Below are positions 36,701 to 52,216 of a stretch of 64,000 bases of DNA, in pieces. The DNA lies in the NCBI GenBank assembly GCA_964057225.1, contig OZ059894.1, forward strand, positions 7,192,001 to 7,256,000, given 5' to 3'. Position numbers and translations under genes: made by a program. This DNA is from Auanema rhodensis. Lineage: Eukaryota > Animalia > Nematoda. How positions within the stretch are numbered: the stretch's first letter is position 1; each line of letters begins with the position of its first letter. Below the pieces are notes generated by a model, which was given only the letters and a program-made list of their open reading frames with translations, searched no databases and had not been told where the DNA came from.

Positions 36701-39700
36701 TTTTTCGTAAAAAAATAAATAAAATGAACTGACCAGATTATATAACTTATATACACTATAAGTATTGCTAGTAGAAAAAGGAACATCTTCTGAAATAAAA
36801 ACAATTATTTGTAAGATTATGACATAAAAAATAGATAAAAGAAAAATAAATGAAGAACGTTCTAAAATTATTCGAATTTAGCTGAAGTTTTTTAAAAACT
36901 GTTTGCTTTCCCGTGCAGACTAGAACAGTATTATGTGCTTTGTGTCTACATTTAAAGAGAGAAAGTTGCAGAACAGTTTTGTAGCTGAGAGTATTACACG
37001 AGAAAAAACAAATATTGTATCAGAGAGACCACGAAGAGAATGCAAAGTGAGAGAGAACGAGGAGTAATATATAGAAATAGTTCTATTGAATATGTTAAAC
37101 CATAGGCAACTGAAGATGGCACATACAGTCCTGTGCGATGAAAGTGGAACACCTTTTGAGAGAGCCTAGACAACCCCTTCAAACTACAAAATAAATTCAA
37201 AAAAGTTAATCAAATTAATGAAGTTTTTCAATACTCATCATCATATATTTTCTGGTTTTTTGTAGTTTGTTTCAAACGATACGAGAGATTTTTTGAGTGT
37301 CCCACTTTCATTGCACAAGACATAAAATATTTACAGGATGAGAAGAAAAGAAATATTTAATAAAGATATTCAGTTAATTTTCATAATATTAGAAACATAT
37401 ATAACAAAGATTGAATTGTTTTTGATTGCTCATTGTCTAAGTCAGGTAAGTATTGAAGATGATGATAATATACAAAGCAATGAAAATCTGTCCTCCTTTA
37501 CGTTTTTGCAAAGAACAATATTAAAAATATAAAATAACAAACTAATATGAGCTCAAAACTATCATTTTTTATTTTTATATACATATCATACTCACATATT
37601 AACCATTATATTCTACATTTGAAGTTTAAGATTGAATATTAAAGGTAAAACTATTAACTATACTATATAAGTATATTTAAAGTTGTTTTCTTTAATTCAT
37701 AATTTTACAAATTTAAAATAAATTTAATTAAATATGTTATTTGATAATAATCATCTATAACATGTAGACTCTAGTTCTTATCACAGATATTAATACCTTC
37801 ATGTCATTTATTTCTTATCAAAGTTAGATTAGAAAAAAGCTAATACTGTCCATTTGATAACAATCAAAATAAGAAGATATCGATTATCATATCAAACTAG
37901 AGTATAGTTATTTCATTAGAAATGATATTTCTCTTACATATACATACGAATAGATTCATTTAGATGAAAATTAATCTTTTCATTCACCAAAAATTCTAAG
38001 ATATCTTTCCCTTTTTGAAAAATCGGTGAACATTTCCAATTAGAATTTGCTCATAGTAATTAACGAACGGACTAGACTTTACTGACTAAATAACAAGAAC
38101 AACAATAGTAAAGTTATTCCTTTTTTCTAATATTTAATTGAAATACTCAATTTCTTCAAAATTTCATAAAAGCAATACGGGGAAAAGACATGAAAAGTAG
38201 TTCAAATATACAATCGCAATATCATGTTATCTTGCTATACTACTCATTAATTTCAAGTATTTTATAAATATTTTCACAACTTATTACGAGACTACTAAAT
38301 TACAATGAGTGTTGAGTATGATTAGTCTATAAGATATGGCTGTTTCAGATCAAAATTTAATTTTAAATCATAAAATAAATCGGAAATATTCAAAAACTGA
38401 ATTGGCATATATTATTTAGAGTTTCAGCTCAGAATGCTATAGATTCACTAAGCAAACTTCACGAATTAATTCAAAAATTGTGAAATATCAAACAAAAAAA
38501 AACTTTTCTTCTGTAATTCTTTGAGATATTATTATAAAAAATAATATTCACCTATGAGACAATCAATCGTCATCGAAATCATACAAAATAGAGATATTTT
38601 TACTTTTATAGTCGTCAATTTCCACTCTGATGCATATATTCTGAATTTCTCTCTCAAAACGCAAAGCATGCCAGCTGCTGATTTCTGTGTCTCTTTCCTC
38701 CTTCGCTCTTTCAGAATCTTTTTGATCGTCCTGCTAAAGTGATAATACTGAATTTTTCGAGTATCCGCAAGATCAAATATATATTTTGATCACAACTCTT
38801 TCTTTAAATGATTTTCTTTCTTTCTCTCTTTCTTTCCCTCTCTCTCTATCTATTTTACCTCGTTTTTACTCATATATCTTTATAACTACTTCAATACTTC
38901 AATACTTCAACTCAAGACGTAGTAATCAACAAAATATTTTGTGAAATATGCTCTCGATCCCATCTAAACACTATAACTTTCTCTCTTTTCACCTCATCTC
39001 TTCTCAGCTAATCTTCATCCTGTTTTCTTTCGTCTTCCTTTTTCAGTACTACATCACAATCTGTTAATTCTTAACAAAAAGAAACTTTTTTTCAGCAATA
39101 ACTAGAAACTCATTTGATTTCAACAACTCACTAACTATATCTCAATTAAACTTTATATAGAAAAACATTTTAATATCGTATTTCTTTGTTGCATTTTTAC
39201 AAAAAAAAAAGATAAAAAAAGAGAAAATAACAACATTTCTACATGAAATTTGAGAACAGAAATTGGTAAAAAAACAAAATGACGCATTAGCTGTTCGATA
39301 ACCTGACTATTAACAAATTGCGTTATCAAAACCTTTTATACCTTTTTCCCTTTATCTTTCTACTCTCTCTTCTTTTATCTACATTCTAACTCTATGTTCT
39401 GTTACCATCTACCTCCCCCCTCTCTTTATCTTTCTATCTGATATCATTTTTTTTATTGATTTAATTTTTTTTCTTATCAAAGTGCTCATGAAACACATCC
39501 CATTGTGAAAGACCTTGTTATCAACTCAGCTAATTATGTCAAATACCTTGTTGAACAGCTAAATATAGCTAATTATTCTAAATTAATCAAACATTTTACT
39601 AATGCAATAATAAACAGTGACATTTACTTGAAAGAACATGAAGCTTCATTCCTTTCACTTCATTTTCAGAATTTTTCTGCTGCTAATTACATATCCTATT

Positions 39701-42700
39701 TTTGAGGTCAGGACAGATGCAGCATTACTTATGAGGGTAGTAGCCTTTCACCTTCATATGTAATAAGCATTAGATGGGTTCACATATGAAGTAGTATTTA
39801 TTTATTATAAAATTTCATTCCTAAATCAGTATATACAATATTTTTTGTTATTTTTCATGCATTTCATAAGTTTGCAAGACCTATCAAAATTTGATATTAA
39901 ACTACAGATCATTTGATAAGATTATTCATATATTAATAAATATGTATATAATCATAATATAATATATACAATATATTGTAGTTTATACTTTGGCAGAAAG
40001 ATTAAAATTGTTAGATAACAAACCGAGTAATCAACAAAGGTTTCTAAATGTGTGATAGACTTTTGAACAGTTTACTCTCAGAAACATTAAAGCAATTTCA
40101 ACACAAGGAATATGTTTTATTCAACAATCAAAGCAAATTTGCAATTTTGCAGAAAAAAAAGCTAAGAAAAAGTACGAAGAAGTTCTCTTAACCTCAGGGA
40201 TTCAAATTAATTCTTTGCCAATATTTATGAAATGTTAATTTTGTTCTCGAATTCAAGTTAAAAAGTACTCATACTCATGAATGTTATTGTTTATTTTCCA
40301 AACTATATTTAGATATTTGAAATATGGGATATATAATCTTCGGAATATGGTTATAAGCTAGCCATAGGCATATATATACTCTTGTTTTGATATAGTTATT
40401 TGATTCTTTCCTCCACCTATCTCATCTTTTACAAGTGTTAATCTTTCCTTTATTCCTATTTTTTAAAATTAACATAAAAATAAATTTAATTATTTTTTTT
40501 TCTAAAAGAATTTTTTATTTTTCTCTCATATTTTACATCATCACTTCCGCTATTTCATTTTTAATTAATGCTGTCAAGTACACAAAGTATTCACGTGAAC
40601 TTCGATATGCACAAAGGGTCATACGTGGGATATACGTGAGAAAGTGAGACGTCTATTTTCGATGAAAGCATGCTCCATAAACGGTTGCTCACATATTTCG
40701 AAGAATCAAGCACCAGATCTACATATAATTTTTCCCATTCTCTTTCTACATGCTTTACGTTCTTGTCAATCACACCACTAGCTCCATGATTTTTTTATAT
40801 AGAAACCTCACAATTCACAGAATAAGAAGAATAACCAGTACTGCTTCTATTCTGTTTTTGTTTTGTTTTTTCATTAAAAAAACTGTTTCAATGTTTGTCA
40901 ATTATGAATCTGTTCTTACAATGAGCACGTTTCAAGAAATTTATTAGATAATGCAATTGTATATGATGATCAGTTCATTTGAACTCAAAAATCTATTAGC
41001 AAGTGTTATGGCAAATCAAAATTAAGAAATATTACAAAAAAATATATATATAGCTATATAGTATATATCATTTAACTTGCATCAATTTCATTTCATAAAA
41101 TCTTGTTTAAATACATATATTAATATTTCACATTATCATTTCATTTTATTTGCATTAACTATTACAAAAAAAAAATAATAGCTGTGCAACTTTGTATTTC
41201 AAAATAAACTATATACAACCAATTGAAGCTACCTCTTGTATTTTTTTTTGGTTGCGTGATTATGTAAATCAGCCTGTAAATTTTATATTATTATTCATTT
41301 CTTTTTTATATATGCCTTTATTCTTTTGTTTGCATGTTTTCTTAAGAATTGTTCTCTGTATATGTGTTTATGTATAATATATTAAATATTATTATATATT
41401 ATATATTATATTGACTATATATATATATATAGATATCCATATATGTATATGATTAATTTAAAGAAGAATATACAGATGCTAATCATTCATAAACGGAAGC
41501 TTTTCGTTTTTCATTATTTTCTTAATTCGCACTTTAAGTCCGTCTTTGCTGCCCTGTTCCTTTAAATATCTGTGTTAAATCTCTTTATGTCCTAAGAGTG
41601 TTCTTATAATTTTGTTTGCTATCAACAACAAAACAAAAAAATCCAAATTTGTTCCTTTTCATTCTTATGTTCCAACCCAAATCGTACTAAATTTACCATA
41701 TTCTTGTGAAAAACCAAAAAAATGTATATATATAATATAAATGAACGTCATTGTTTTCTATCAAAAAAAAAAAGAAAGATTCGTTTTTGAATTTACGAAG
41801 ATATGAGACCTAAGAGAGAGTGTGTATGCGTGGAGCTGTTATATAGTCATTAGAGAATTTGCAATTTTTTGTTTTTGTTTTCTTTTATTTTGGGCCACCC
41901 CCAGCCTTTTCTGCCAAAACGATTTGCTTCTTGAGATTGCACAAGCTATTGAACTTTCATGATTATTATAAGCCCATTAGCAGAACTCAATCGTCTATTC
42001 AAAAAGCAAATTTTCAATTAAAAATTAATAAAAGTTTATCGATATATACATATATGTATTTCTAAAATAGATTCAACTTAGTATTTGATTATGTTGGTAT
42101 TCTGTGTGTCAATTAGCTTTTCACGTTTTCATTGTCTGGACTTCCGCATTTGTTTCAATAAACATCACAGCTTTTCTTGTTGTCAGACCATTAAAAACAT
42201 GTAAAGTATATAAAAATGTATGTGTATCTAGCTAATAGCATAATTTAATATAAATTTTCTATTTGTCTTTTGTTTTTTTTCCGCTTCTTCTTCTTTTTCA
42301 TCATCATCACGTTCTTTGTTCTTTTCTTTTTTCTTCTTATTGTAGTGCACCATACCACCAAATCTATTTCTAGTAAATATTTAGAGAAGCACAAGTGAGT
42401 GGGAGAAGTTTTGTGATCATACTCATAACCTCAGTCCTGCTCTACCCCATAACATTCTCTGAAGCCCGTTACGTACACTTATTTGCAATTTGTTCTCAAT
42501 TTCTAAGTTGTCTCAATGATTTTCATTGGTTCGTTGCTTTTTCGTTCATGTTTATCCAAACATTTCCGACATTAAAGTTCGTGAATACCCTCAAATGTAA
42601 AAAATATCAGAAACTTACTCATTTGCTTTCTATTCTTATTATCTCACCCATATTGAACTTTAATAGATTATAAATTAATTTTTGAATAAAAAAGGGGATG

Positions 42701-45700
42701 AGGATAAAAAACTGCCGAAATTAGCAGAATGCAAACGATTTAGCCAATTAGATACTCAATTGCTTTTGGCTTTTCCACTTTCAACTATATTTTTGACGTA
42801 TGCTCTTTCTCAGCGACCACATGCACTAGATGATCCATGGCACAAATTTATATTTTTCTATTTTGATGCGATTATATGACAAATAACCATGCAATTTAAA
42901 GTCTTTTAACTCATTCTTATTTATTTTTGTTCATAAAAGTTCCAATACTCACACGCATACATATAAAAATTTAGGATACACCTACGCATTCTCTCTCTCT
43001 TCAATTCTTCATTTCCCTCCCTTCTTCACCTTGTTTTTTTTTGTCACTATCTATCTCTCTATTTAATTCTTTTTTGTATTATTTCTCTCTCTCTTTATCT
43101 CTCTCTCTGTCAACCTATCTATATATTTTTTCTCTTGATCTTATATTCATTTCTCTCTCCCACTGTACATAATGAAAATGGAACATAGAACCTTACGTAT
43201 AATTTAACATAGTAGATAACTCTGTTTACTTCATTTTCTTTAGTATTTCCTGTTCATCAATCCGACACCAAAAAAAATGTTCGGACAATAGAAACTTCGC
43301 GAAATTTGATTGCCAAGTTCTTTCGGTCAAGACTGAAGAGAATAACAATTTCATACACATATAATATGAAGTGCTAAAACTTGTGAACAATGAAGATATG
43401 AGGATAGATGAAGCTTGATAAAAGAAGAGAAAAATACAAAGCATACCAGGATAAAATGAAAAAAGTTGTGAAAGAAGAAGAAAAAGGATAAGATATAGAA
43501 GCATCTAATGTTAAAAATATTTTTATTTTAATGAAAAATAATATTTTGTCGTATACTGAGCAACTTTCACGTATTGAAATTATGAAAAAGACGATGACTT
43601 ATTACTATTTTTCATTTCGTATGAAATTTCGCTTTTATATTTTGGTTTGTTTTCTTTTTTCATCTTTCTCCCTCCACCCCCCTTCTTTTGAGCTGATTGG
43701 ATCACTATGATTATCAACGTACTTAGTGGATAGTTACATAGAAAATGAGCTTATTTTGTACATTCAAAGTTGTCTTATTCAGTCTTGAATCTGTTTTCTA
43801 ACATTTCAAATTATATAGTAAGATTGCCTAATAAGATATCAGTATTTCTTTTTTTGCTTTGTCTACTAGATCGGCTTAGCTTAGACTTCTTGCTTAATAT
43901 AGGATCAAGTTCATAAGCCATGTATGTGTAACTCGTTTCCACTATCCTTGTGGTCTTCTATGAAAAAAAACTGAATAACATTCATTCGTAGACAGTAATA
44001 GCCGGAAGGCTATTTGCTACTTCAATATAATCCCTCTCATCACGTAATACTGCTCTCTGAATACAGAAATCAAAATGTACGAACTACATATACATATGTC
44101 TTCTGACTGACCTCAAAGATGACTCTCTGATTTGCTGGCTCGCTCTCGACGGTGAAGTATAAAATTCATTTTGACAGTATACTATTCGAACAAAATTTCA
44201 TAAACTAATGACTTTGAATATAAGTTTTACAAAGAATATAATCAATTATCTTTTTCACTTTTTTCATTTTTAAAATATCCAACTGTTTGTATTAATGTAT
44301 TAAATAGGTTATTGATTGGTTTCATTTAATAGTATCCAAAATATTATATTTCCCACCTTTTTTGTGACAAAAAACCTGGTATTTTCAGTTTTTTTTAAGC
44401 CTTAATTAGCTTCACTTTTTATCGAAAATTTTGTTTTTGTTTCTTAGACAGACACAGACTGATGAACAAATATGTACATTTAAAAGAAAATAAAACATTT
44501 TCATATAAAAAGAATATATAGAAAGTTTTTTTGTTTCGTGTTCCAGCAAAGCTTATTACTATCAACGGGAATAAACTGAAAAACTCGAAGTAAAGATGCA
44601 CACATAGAAGAGATATATCATGTGAATTCAAAAACTTGTTGAAATTATATATTTTGTAATCAAAATAACAAACTATATCGTATACATCTTTGCTCATTAA
44701 CATTCATTATCACATATAGTGATCAAATTCTGAATCAGTTCTTCTTTTTTCTTTTTTTTTTACCATTTGCGATCCCATCTGCTACAATTCAACAAGAAAC
44801 AAAATATCTATAAATTCACAAAAAATAGATGTGCATAACGATCATTTTAGAATAAGTAGAGATCAAACTGTTCTTCTTGTTAAGTTTTTGGTTTCATCTA
44901 TCTCTTAAAAAGAATATTAACGAGTCATTCTTGGAATACTAACTATGATGAGAAAAATTCATTCTTGTTGAGCAATATTGAGAGAAATTGAAAGAGAGCT
45001 AGAGCTGAGGTAAGAGAAAGACAGAGAGATAGAAGGATATGTAATCAACAAAATGTGACAAAGGGAGCTAAAGAGAAAAATTCAGATATTTTTCACAAGC
45101 TTTATCACATTGTATTCAGTAAAATATTCATGTTCATTGATGGTATCTTGATAATTGACCGATTTCTATTACTTTTATATTAATTTTTTCGCTCATTTTT
45201 ATGGATTTCCATAAACTAGAAGCTATTAAATCTGTCCCATTCTGGCCAATTCACGTATATGTTTTATTCTGTGTGTCACTACATCTTGGACTTTCCACCC
45301 ATAGAACGGCTTTTTGCCTTTCTCTTGCAATTTATCCGTTTTCTTTTTCCAGATCCATGAAATAGATTTACATACATCTATCGCCATTCCCAGACCTTTT
45401 TTCGGCATCCTTGATCATTGAACTCGTATCCAAACATCTGCAGAAAGGTTTTGAGATTGTCAAATTTGATCATCTATAGTGGCTTCTATGAGTATTCTGA
45501 TTTCCGTAGTTTTCATATGTCGACTCGGCCATTCGAACCCTTTCTTCCTGATTCCTAGAATTCTCTCCCCCCCCCCCTTTTCAACCTATTCAATTTTTAT
45601 TTAAAATATAAAATATAGTAGAAGGAAAAAATAAATTCATTCTTAGAAATACAAAGTAAAAATAGAATATTAGTACAATAATTTCTTTGTTTATTTATTT

Positions 45701-48700
45701 GTTTATTTTTACATGTGAAATATAATTGCTGATTTAAGTAGGGCACTTCTACCAATCTCTTGAAGTTCTTTTGCTTTCATTAAGCATAAGTGCTTAAACA
45801 TGCGTTGACCTTTCCATACTTCATTTCTGTCTTTCTGTCTTCTTTTCAGCTTTTCCTTCACGTTCTTCTAATGAATATAATGTTAATATATTCAGAATGT
45901 GTTTCTTTTTTCATTCCAACCACCTATCAGCTACTTACTTATGGTCTGTACTACGATATAGTAAAACTATAAACTCTTAATCTGTATTTTACTTTGAAAA
46001 AAACCCTCTAACTGCTCAATGTCACTTGTCCTTTTGTTTATTCCCGTCTATAAAACATTTAAGATAGCTTATGTTATAACACCAGCTTGGGCGTCCCAAG
46101 TTGACACTCTGATTTTAACTTTTAATAGCTAGGGTTTATCTACTTTAAATACTTATGGGCGTTTCGTATTTATTGAAAATATATCAAAAGTCCTCTAAGA
46201 AAAAAATTTAAAATAGCTTAATGCTCCTAATTCATATAATGATCTGCGTGAAAATTGAATTGAAAACTACATGCCTGCTTCTTATAGCACTTCCTGAAGA
46301 TATACGGTTATGTATAAATCAAATTCTTCAATAATCTCTTTGAAAAGATTTTGGAAATAACCAAGTTCGTTGATCAGCTCATCTTTCTTCAAACATATTC
46401 AAATGAAATATTGGTCTCTATTTGAAGTTGTTCAGTATTAGTTCGTATTTCCGTTATTCACTTGAGTCAGAACATTTCATTGTCGTCGTGATCGCAGACT
46501 AAGGCCTATCGATACATTGTCAGTGTCAAATTCAAGAATCTGAAAAGAGAATCACTTGATACTCAGGACAAATTATTAGCTCTCTTCTTTCTCTCTCCTC
46601 ATTATCATTGAATTTTAAATCAATTTAGCTAAATACATTTTATATAAATATCGAATATGAAATTGAACTATTGTTATTCATTTTGTTTTTTTCTTATGCT
46701 TCTTCCATTATTTCGTCCTCAGGGAGAGAGGGAGAGAGGGAGAAGTGAATGAAATGAACTCCGAGTAAAAGATAAACAGCAGTTCCTCTATTTGGTCATA
46801 TCCCAAACATTTTATTCTCAAATTTGTTTTCAGGTCTTTATATGCAGGTAGAAAAAAGACTAATTCTGATTTTAAATATCTTATTTATTCTATGGTTTAT
46901 ACTTGTTCTGTGTTCAAATATGTTGTATCTCCTCCCGTTTTCTATCTTTATTCGGTTGATCTCATTTCGAACTTTGCATAAACTCCATCAGTCACAGCAA
47001 GTCTGTTCAAACTTTGAAAATATTGAATGAACAGCTAATTTATCTCTCTATTATCAAGATATCACAATATTCTGAACTAACACAAGGAAATTCCTACATT
47101 TTTCGTTTATAACGATTGCCGGTTGTTTATTAGGTCGATTGACTAAATCCGTTGACCAGTTTGCCCAAACAAATTTAAACATTTAGACTTCCATTTGCAG
47201 CCACAAAAGCATAAAATGAGCAAAAAAGTTTAATGTTCGATACAAGTACGTGTCTATATTTATTATTTGTCCTCTTTTCTAGACGATTTGTGAAAGTGCT
47301 TAATATATCCAGTCTTGCTTGAATATTCACGTGAGCATTTCCCATTTTTTGATTACTATATGATACTGATCGGTTGTTTTCCTTCTCATTCATTTTTCAA
47401 CGTTTCTTTTTGAACTGACTTTAAAACAACTAATATCAATTGTTTTTAAAATACAAATTAATTTTTGCAAATCACTTTTTTGGAAAACAACAAATAAATA
47501 TCTGCTGTTTGTATACCAGAAGCCTGTCACTTTGCTCACATGTATTGTCTCATTTTACAAATTAAAAATTATTCCCAACTTTGAACGGCAGAATCAAAGT
47601 TTATGTATTACGGGCTTAGCCGATGTAATTATCTTCTTTTCGTTCATGATTCATGAGTCATTAAAGATTCTAAAGAGAAAATTCATTTGATACATGTAGC
47701 GAAATCGACATCTCAACTTCCTTCAGTGTGCTCGAACTAAATCTCAAACATCGGGTTGTTAACTTGAATTTTAAATTATGTATATATATTCTTCAATCTG
47801 AAATGATTTTTGAAGAATTAGTTTTCAATGTTCCATAAGCTGATTCCACAAACTTTATGATTATTTCAGTTTTTCTCTGTGCTTTCTGCTTAACCTAACT
47901 GGCATTCCGACCTAGCCCATTAACCGATGCATGTTAATATTCAGTTAACGGATGCTAGATCAGGCAAATCCTTTTACTCCTGCTTAGTTTAAAGTCTTTG
48001 TTTCGCCTCAAATCGTTTTATTCGACTTTGGTTGTGTTCTATCACATCTAGGAAAAAAAAGTTGCAATTTGAGACATTTTTTCAACCTCAGACATTTTTA
48101 TGAACAGAAAATGAACATAGAAATCATGCCTTGAAAAGCAATACGAGGATTAGCAGTTATTTGGTTTTTTAAAAAACTATTTAAAGCTTGCTTTGTTGAT
48201 AAGATTTTGAATTTTATCATAACTGATTTAAGTGAAAGAGTGTTAAATGTCACATAGTCATTGCTGACGATGAATAACTTCAACAGTGCATTTGCAGTTC
48301 GTATTTGGACTTTTGAAGAACTTTCAATGTGAACATAGATCTTACATATTAAAATTCAATTATATACTTGTTAGATCACTTTCTTTGAATATTCAAATCA
48401 CTATCATTCAGCTCAACAATACTTTTTACTTCCGTATTTAGGAAAGGTCAGACAATTCAATGAAAGTTGTCAAATCCGATTAAAGAATTTGAAAACGTAG
48501 CGGTTTCCGTAGTCCTTCTCGAGCTCAAAACCATGAACTCAAGCATCTTTAGTATTTTTTTATTGCAGATTTTTAAAAAATATTGTTTTTTTCTTCTCAC
48601 TATCTGCAAGTTCCTATTAAGCTGTTCTATTCTCATATGTGTTATTGTTTGTTTTTCTCTCTATCACAACACTCACAGTACTTATACATGTATCTATAAG

Positions 48701-49714
48701 TCTTTGGATATTCCAGTATTGTTTGGTTGTTTTACAAAAAAAATTGAATAACCAGGTGCTTTGTCATTTAGCTCCATAACACCAACTCAAATTAAGTAAA
48801 TCAGAACAACTATTTGCATATGAAATCAGCCATCAGATCTATCAATCTGAAAAAAAGCAGAAAATTTTTTTTGACAACTCTTTGCTGAGCCTAAGTCTTA
48901 TCTTATTTATTCAATTTGCTTCCATTATCTATTTTACCTCGTCGTCTTTAGAAAAAATAAGATATTTATAAAAAAAAATTCAATAGAGCCTATTGTGAAA
49001 AGAGCAAATTCTAAAATTGGCATTGAGACATGTGTTCCGTGTCAGTTATGAACTTTTCGAAAGACCAATCTCGAACCATTTCATAAAGCCAACAAATCAG
49101 AAAAATTATTTTTTCGTCGTAAAGATACATTAAGTACTCGGCATAGCTTAGCTGTCTGTTATTCAATTGGCTTCGAGATTTTCGGAAAATTATGCATTTG
49201 GTCATATATATATATACATATATATAGTGATTAATGTTCAAATATATAGGTTGTTCAAAAGCTTTATCCAAACATCTCACTATAAGCTATGTCTCAGTCT
49301 CTCTTTTTTTTTCTCTCCATAAAGCTCACTCTTCTATAAATCTTTTTATTATTTATTCACTATGTCCTTCTTTCTGTTCTTGTTAATTGAGTAATTTATC
49401 CCTTAATTTTTAGTTCAAACATGAGCTAGAAAACAAAATAAAAATATGAAATTACATGATCTGTTAATTGATCAATGGATGTTTATCATTCTTTACTCTC
49501 AAATATTACTCGTCCGCTAAGCTTGATTTCAGCTCAAATAACATCGTGCATACGTTTTATCTTCTATATCTTTTCATCTCTCTATCATCTTAACGTTCTT
49601 AAGAATTTTAATTACTATTTTAATGTTACTTCATAAAATATTAATTAACACACACTCAAATATTATACATATATTCATACTCAACTTAATATTTGCTTTG
49701 TATTCTAGGTAGGA

Positions 49715-51828
49715 ATGAGTGTGGGTGAAGTGGATGGAGATTCAGTAGATGTATGTGATTCATCTCCCAGTGATTCCTTTACATATGTTCAATTCCTATT
49801 TCGAGCATATTTGATGCCATTCACTTATTTATTTGGAATAATTGCTAATACTGTTAATGTGATAGTATTTTCACAGAATACTGTAAGTTTAACACAAAAA
49901 TATTCAAACACTAATCATGCTATATGCTAAAGCGTCTTTCATGAATTTCAATGAAATAAATTGCATTTCAGATGAGAAAGCAGCCAGTGAATTGGTTTTT
50001 TCTGGTGCTCAGTCTCAGTGATCTGACCGTTTTAATTGCATCATTCTTCGTTTTTTCTGTGCCTGTTTATGCAGAAATAGCAGATGATATAGGTATGTTG
50101 TACAACTTTAACATTTCTCTAGTACACAAATTTGAGAATATTGTATTGAAAATCCAACCAAAGAAAACAAAATTCTTTGCAGATCTTATAAGATCATCGT
50201 CTTATCTCATTATTTGGTTTTATCCTTTGGCTCAAACAGGACTTACAATGTCCGTATACTTGACAGTACTTGTATCAGTTCACCGATATTTGGGTGTTTG
50301 TCATCCATTTCTGGTTTGTTTATATTTTTATTTAAAATTTTACTTATTTATGCATCTGGTTAAATTGAAAAAAGTCAAAAAAAGAAATAGCCTGACCTTA
50401 AATTCACGAGATATTTCACAGCTTTTGATACAAGCAGAAACAAGATTTAGAAATAAGCTATGAAGTCATGCATCATGAACTGTCTTGTATTCGGTTAGTG
50501 AGCATTAAAGGTCTTTTCATACTTTTTCTCAAACTTGAACCTTAATCTTTGGCAGCTCAGTGTGTTCAAAACGAGATAGCTTAGTTCATGAATCCAAAAA
50601 CACGCAAATCCGGGAACCCAAAAACACAGTTTAAATTGTAATTATATGATGTTAATCAAATTTTTTCAGATTCGGCGAATGAGTAACTCTACTGGGGTAA
50701 AATTGGTCATAGCTTCTGCTGTTTTATTCGCCTTTGTGTTTAACACAAGCCGATGGTTTGAGTTAACAACTCTCGCTTGTTTGAGTGAAGCTCACAGACG
50801 GTACTATTCCTTAACAGATGTTTCAATTTATTTCAAATTCAAAATTTTAGAGAATCATTGGTTGTCATACCAACTGACTTGATGGTAGATGGAATATATA
50901 CAGTAGTTTATCGAAATGCAGCATATACTCTTGTTATGTTTTTCTTTCCCTTTGCCATTCTAACTTTTGTAAACCTCCGAATCATTGGTACTTTACGTAG
51001 TTCATACAAGTAAGTTTGTACAAAAGCTTGAGCGGTCTTTTGTTGAATTAGGTTATCTACCTATATTCTCAATTATTATTTTCAGAATGCGAAGACAAAT
51101 GACTATGAGACCACGAAAAAAGAAAGATTTCAACATACCAACAGAAACAATATCATCTATGAATGGAAGTTCTTCGAATCATTCATCAACTGTTACAACT
51201 AATGTTATTGGTCAACATACATCAGTCATGCAACAACCAAATGCACAAACTAATGGTAAAAATCAGAAGACAATGATTATCATACTATTTTACTGATTTT
51301 AGATCGAAAAGAGAATGGCGTGACAGTCATGTTGATTGCAATTACTACTGAATTTCTAGCTTTTAACCTTTTGGCGTTTGCTAATAATATTCTGGAATTA
51401 ACGGGAGCTTTTGGCCAGTCAGCACTGGAAACCCTTTTAGTTGAAGTAACCACATCAAGCAAATATTTACAAAATAATATTTTTCACTTTCAGATATCAG
51501 CCTTATTAGTTAATATTAACGGTGCAAGTACCATCATCATCTATATGATTTTCAGTAGCAAATATCGTAATGTGTTTCTCAGGGTATGTTGAAGTTATTT
51601 CTTCACACATTATCTGATTCTAATAATTCTTGCCTGTTTCAGATAGTGGCTCACGTTAGTGCCATATGCTGTGGAAAACAGAAGAGCTCATTCTTGAGCG
51701 GTATGCAGCAGTTTGAAACGACACAACTCATCGATTCTAAAGTTGATCAGAACGAAGGAAAAAATTGGAAGAGTTCACGTCGATCAAATGCCGACTCTCT
51801 GTATAAGCAGAGAGTAAGCCAAGCTTAG
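49715..51828 (+). CDS. Rhodopsin-family GPCR, FMRFamide/neuropeptide receptor-like, 9 exons
   Basis: Exons 49715-49882, 49972-50092, 50183-50313, 50670-50800, 50851-51009, 51086-51255, 51303-51445, 51494-51583, 51643-51828. Motifs GIIAN, LSLSDL, SVHRYLGVCHPF, FFFPF, IYMIFSSKYR. Confidence 0.9.
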
Positions 51829-52216
51829 CTACTAAATTTCTTAAACTTTTATTCGTCTAACGAATCATGAAAGACATTTCATAAACACCGCTTTTTCGCT
51901 CTAGTCTTTATATTATTAAAACATGATCTCATAAATACCAATTGAGCCATCAGGGTGCCTAAATATGGGTATTAATACCTAAAATATACGTTGTATACAA
52001 ATAATGTTATGAAAGCATAATAAAGTATAATTTTAAATGTCGTTTTCTCACTCAAAGAAAATTTATAAGGCTGTAACTACCTTTCTCAACTTCAAATTTT
52101 CCTGGTTAATTCAGTGGAACTTTGTGTCATTTAAAAGTGAATGTAAATATAAAATTCAATTTTATTTTGAAACGTGCAAATAAACGAGAAAAACAGATAT
52201 CAACCTTCAGCCAAAG

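Noticed and set aside
32100-49700. Many short ORFs and exon-like patches (e.g. 33500-33820, 45226-45440)
   Set aside because: AT-rich low-complexity frames or stop-ridden relics; no coherent gene model.
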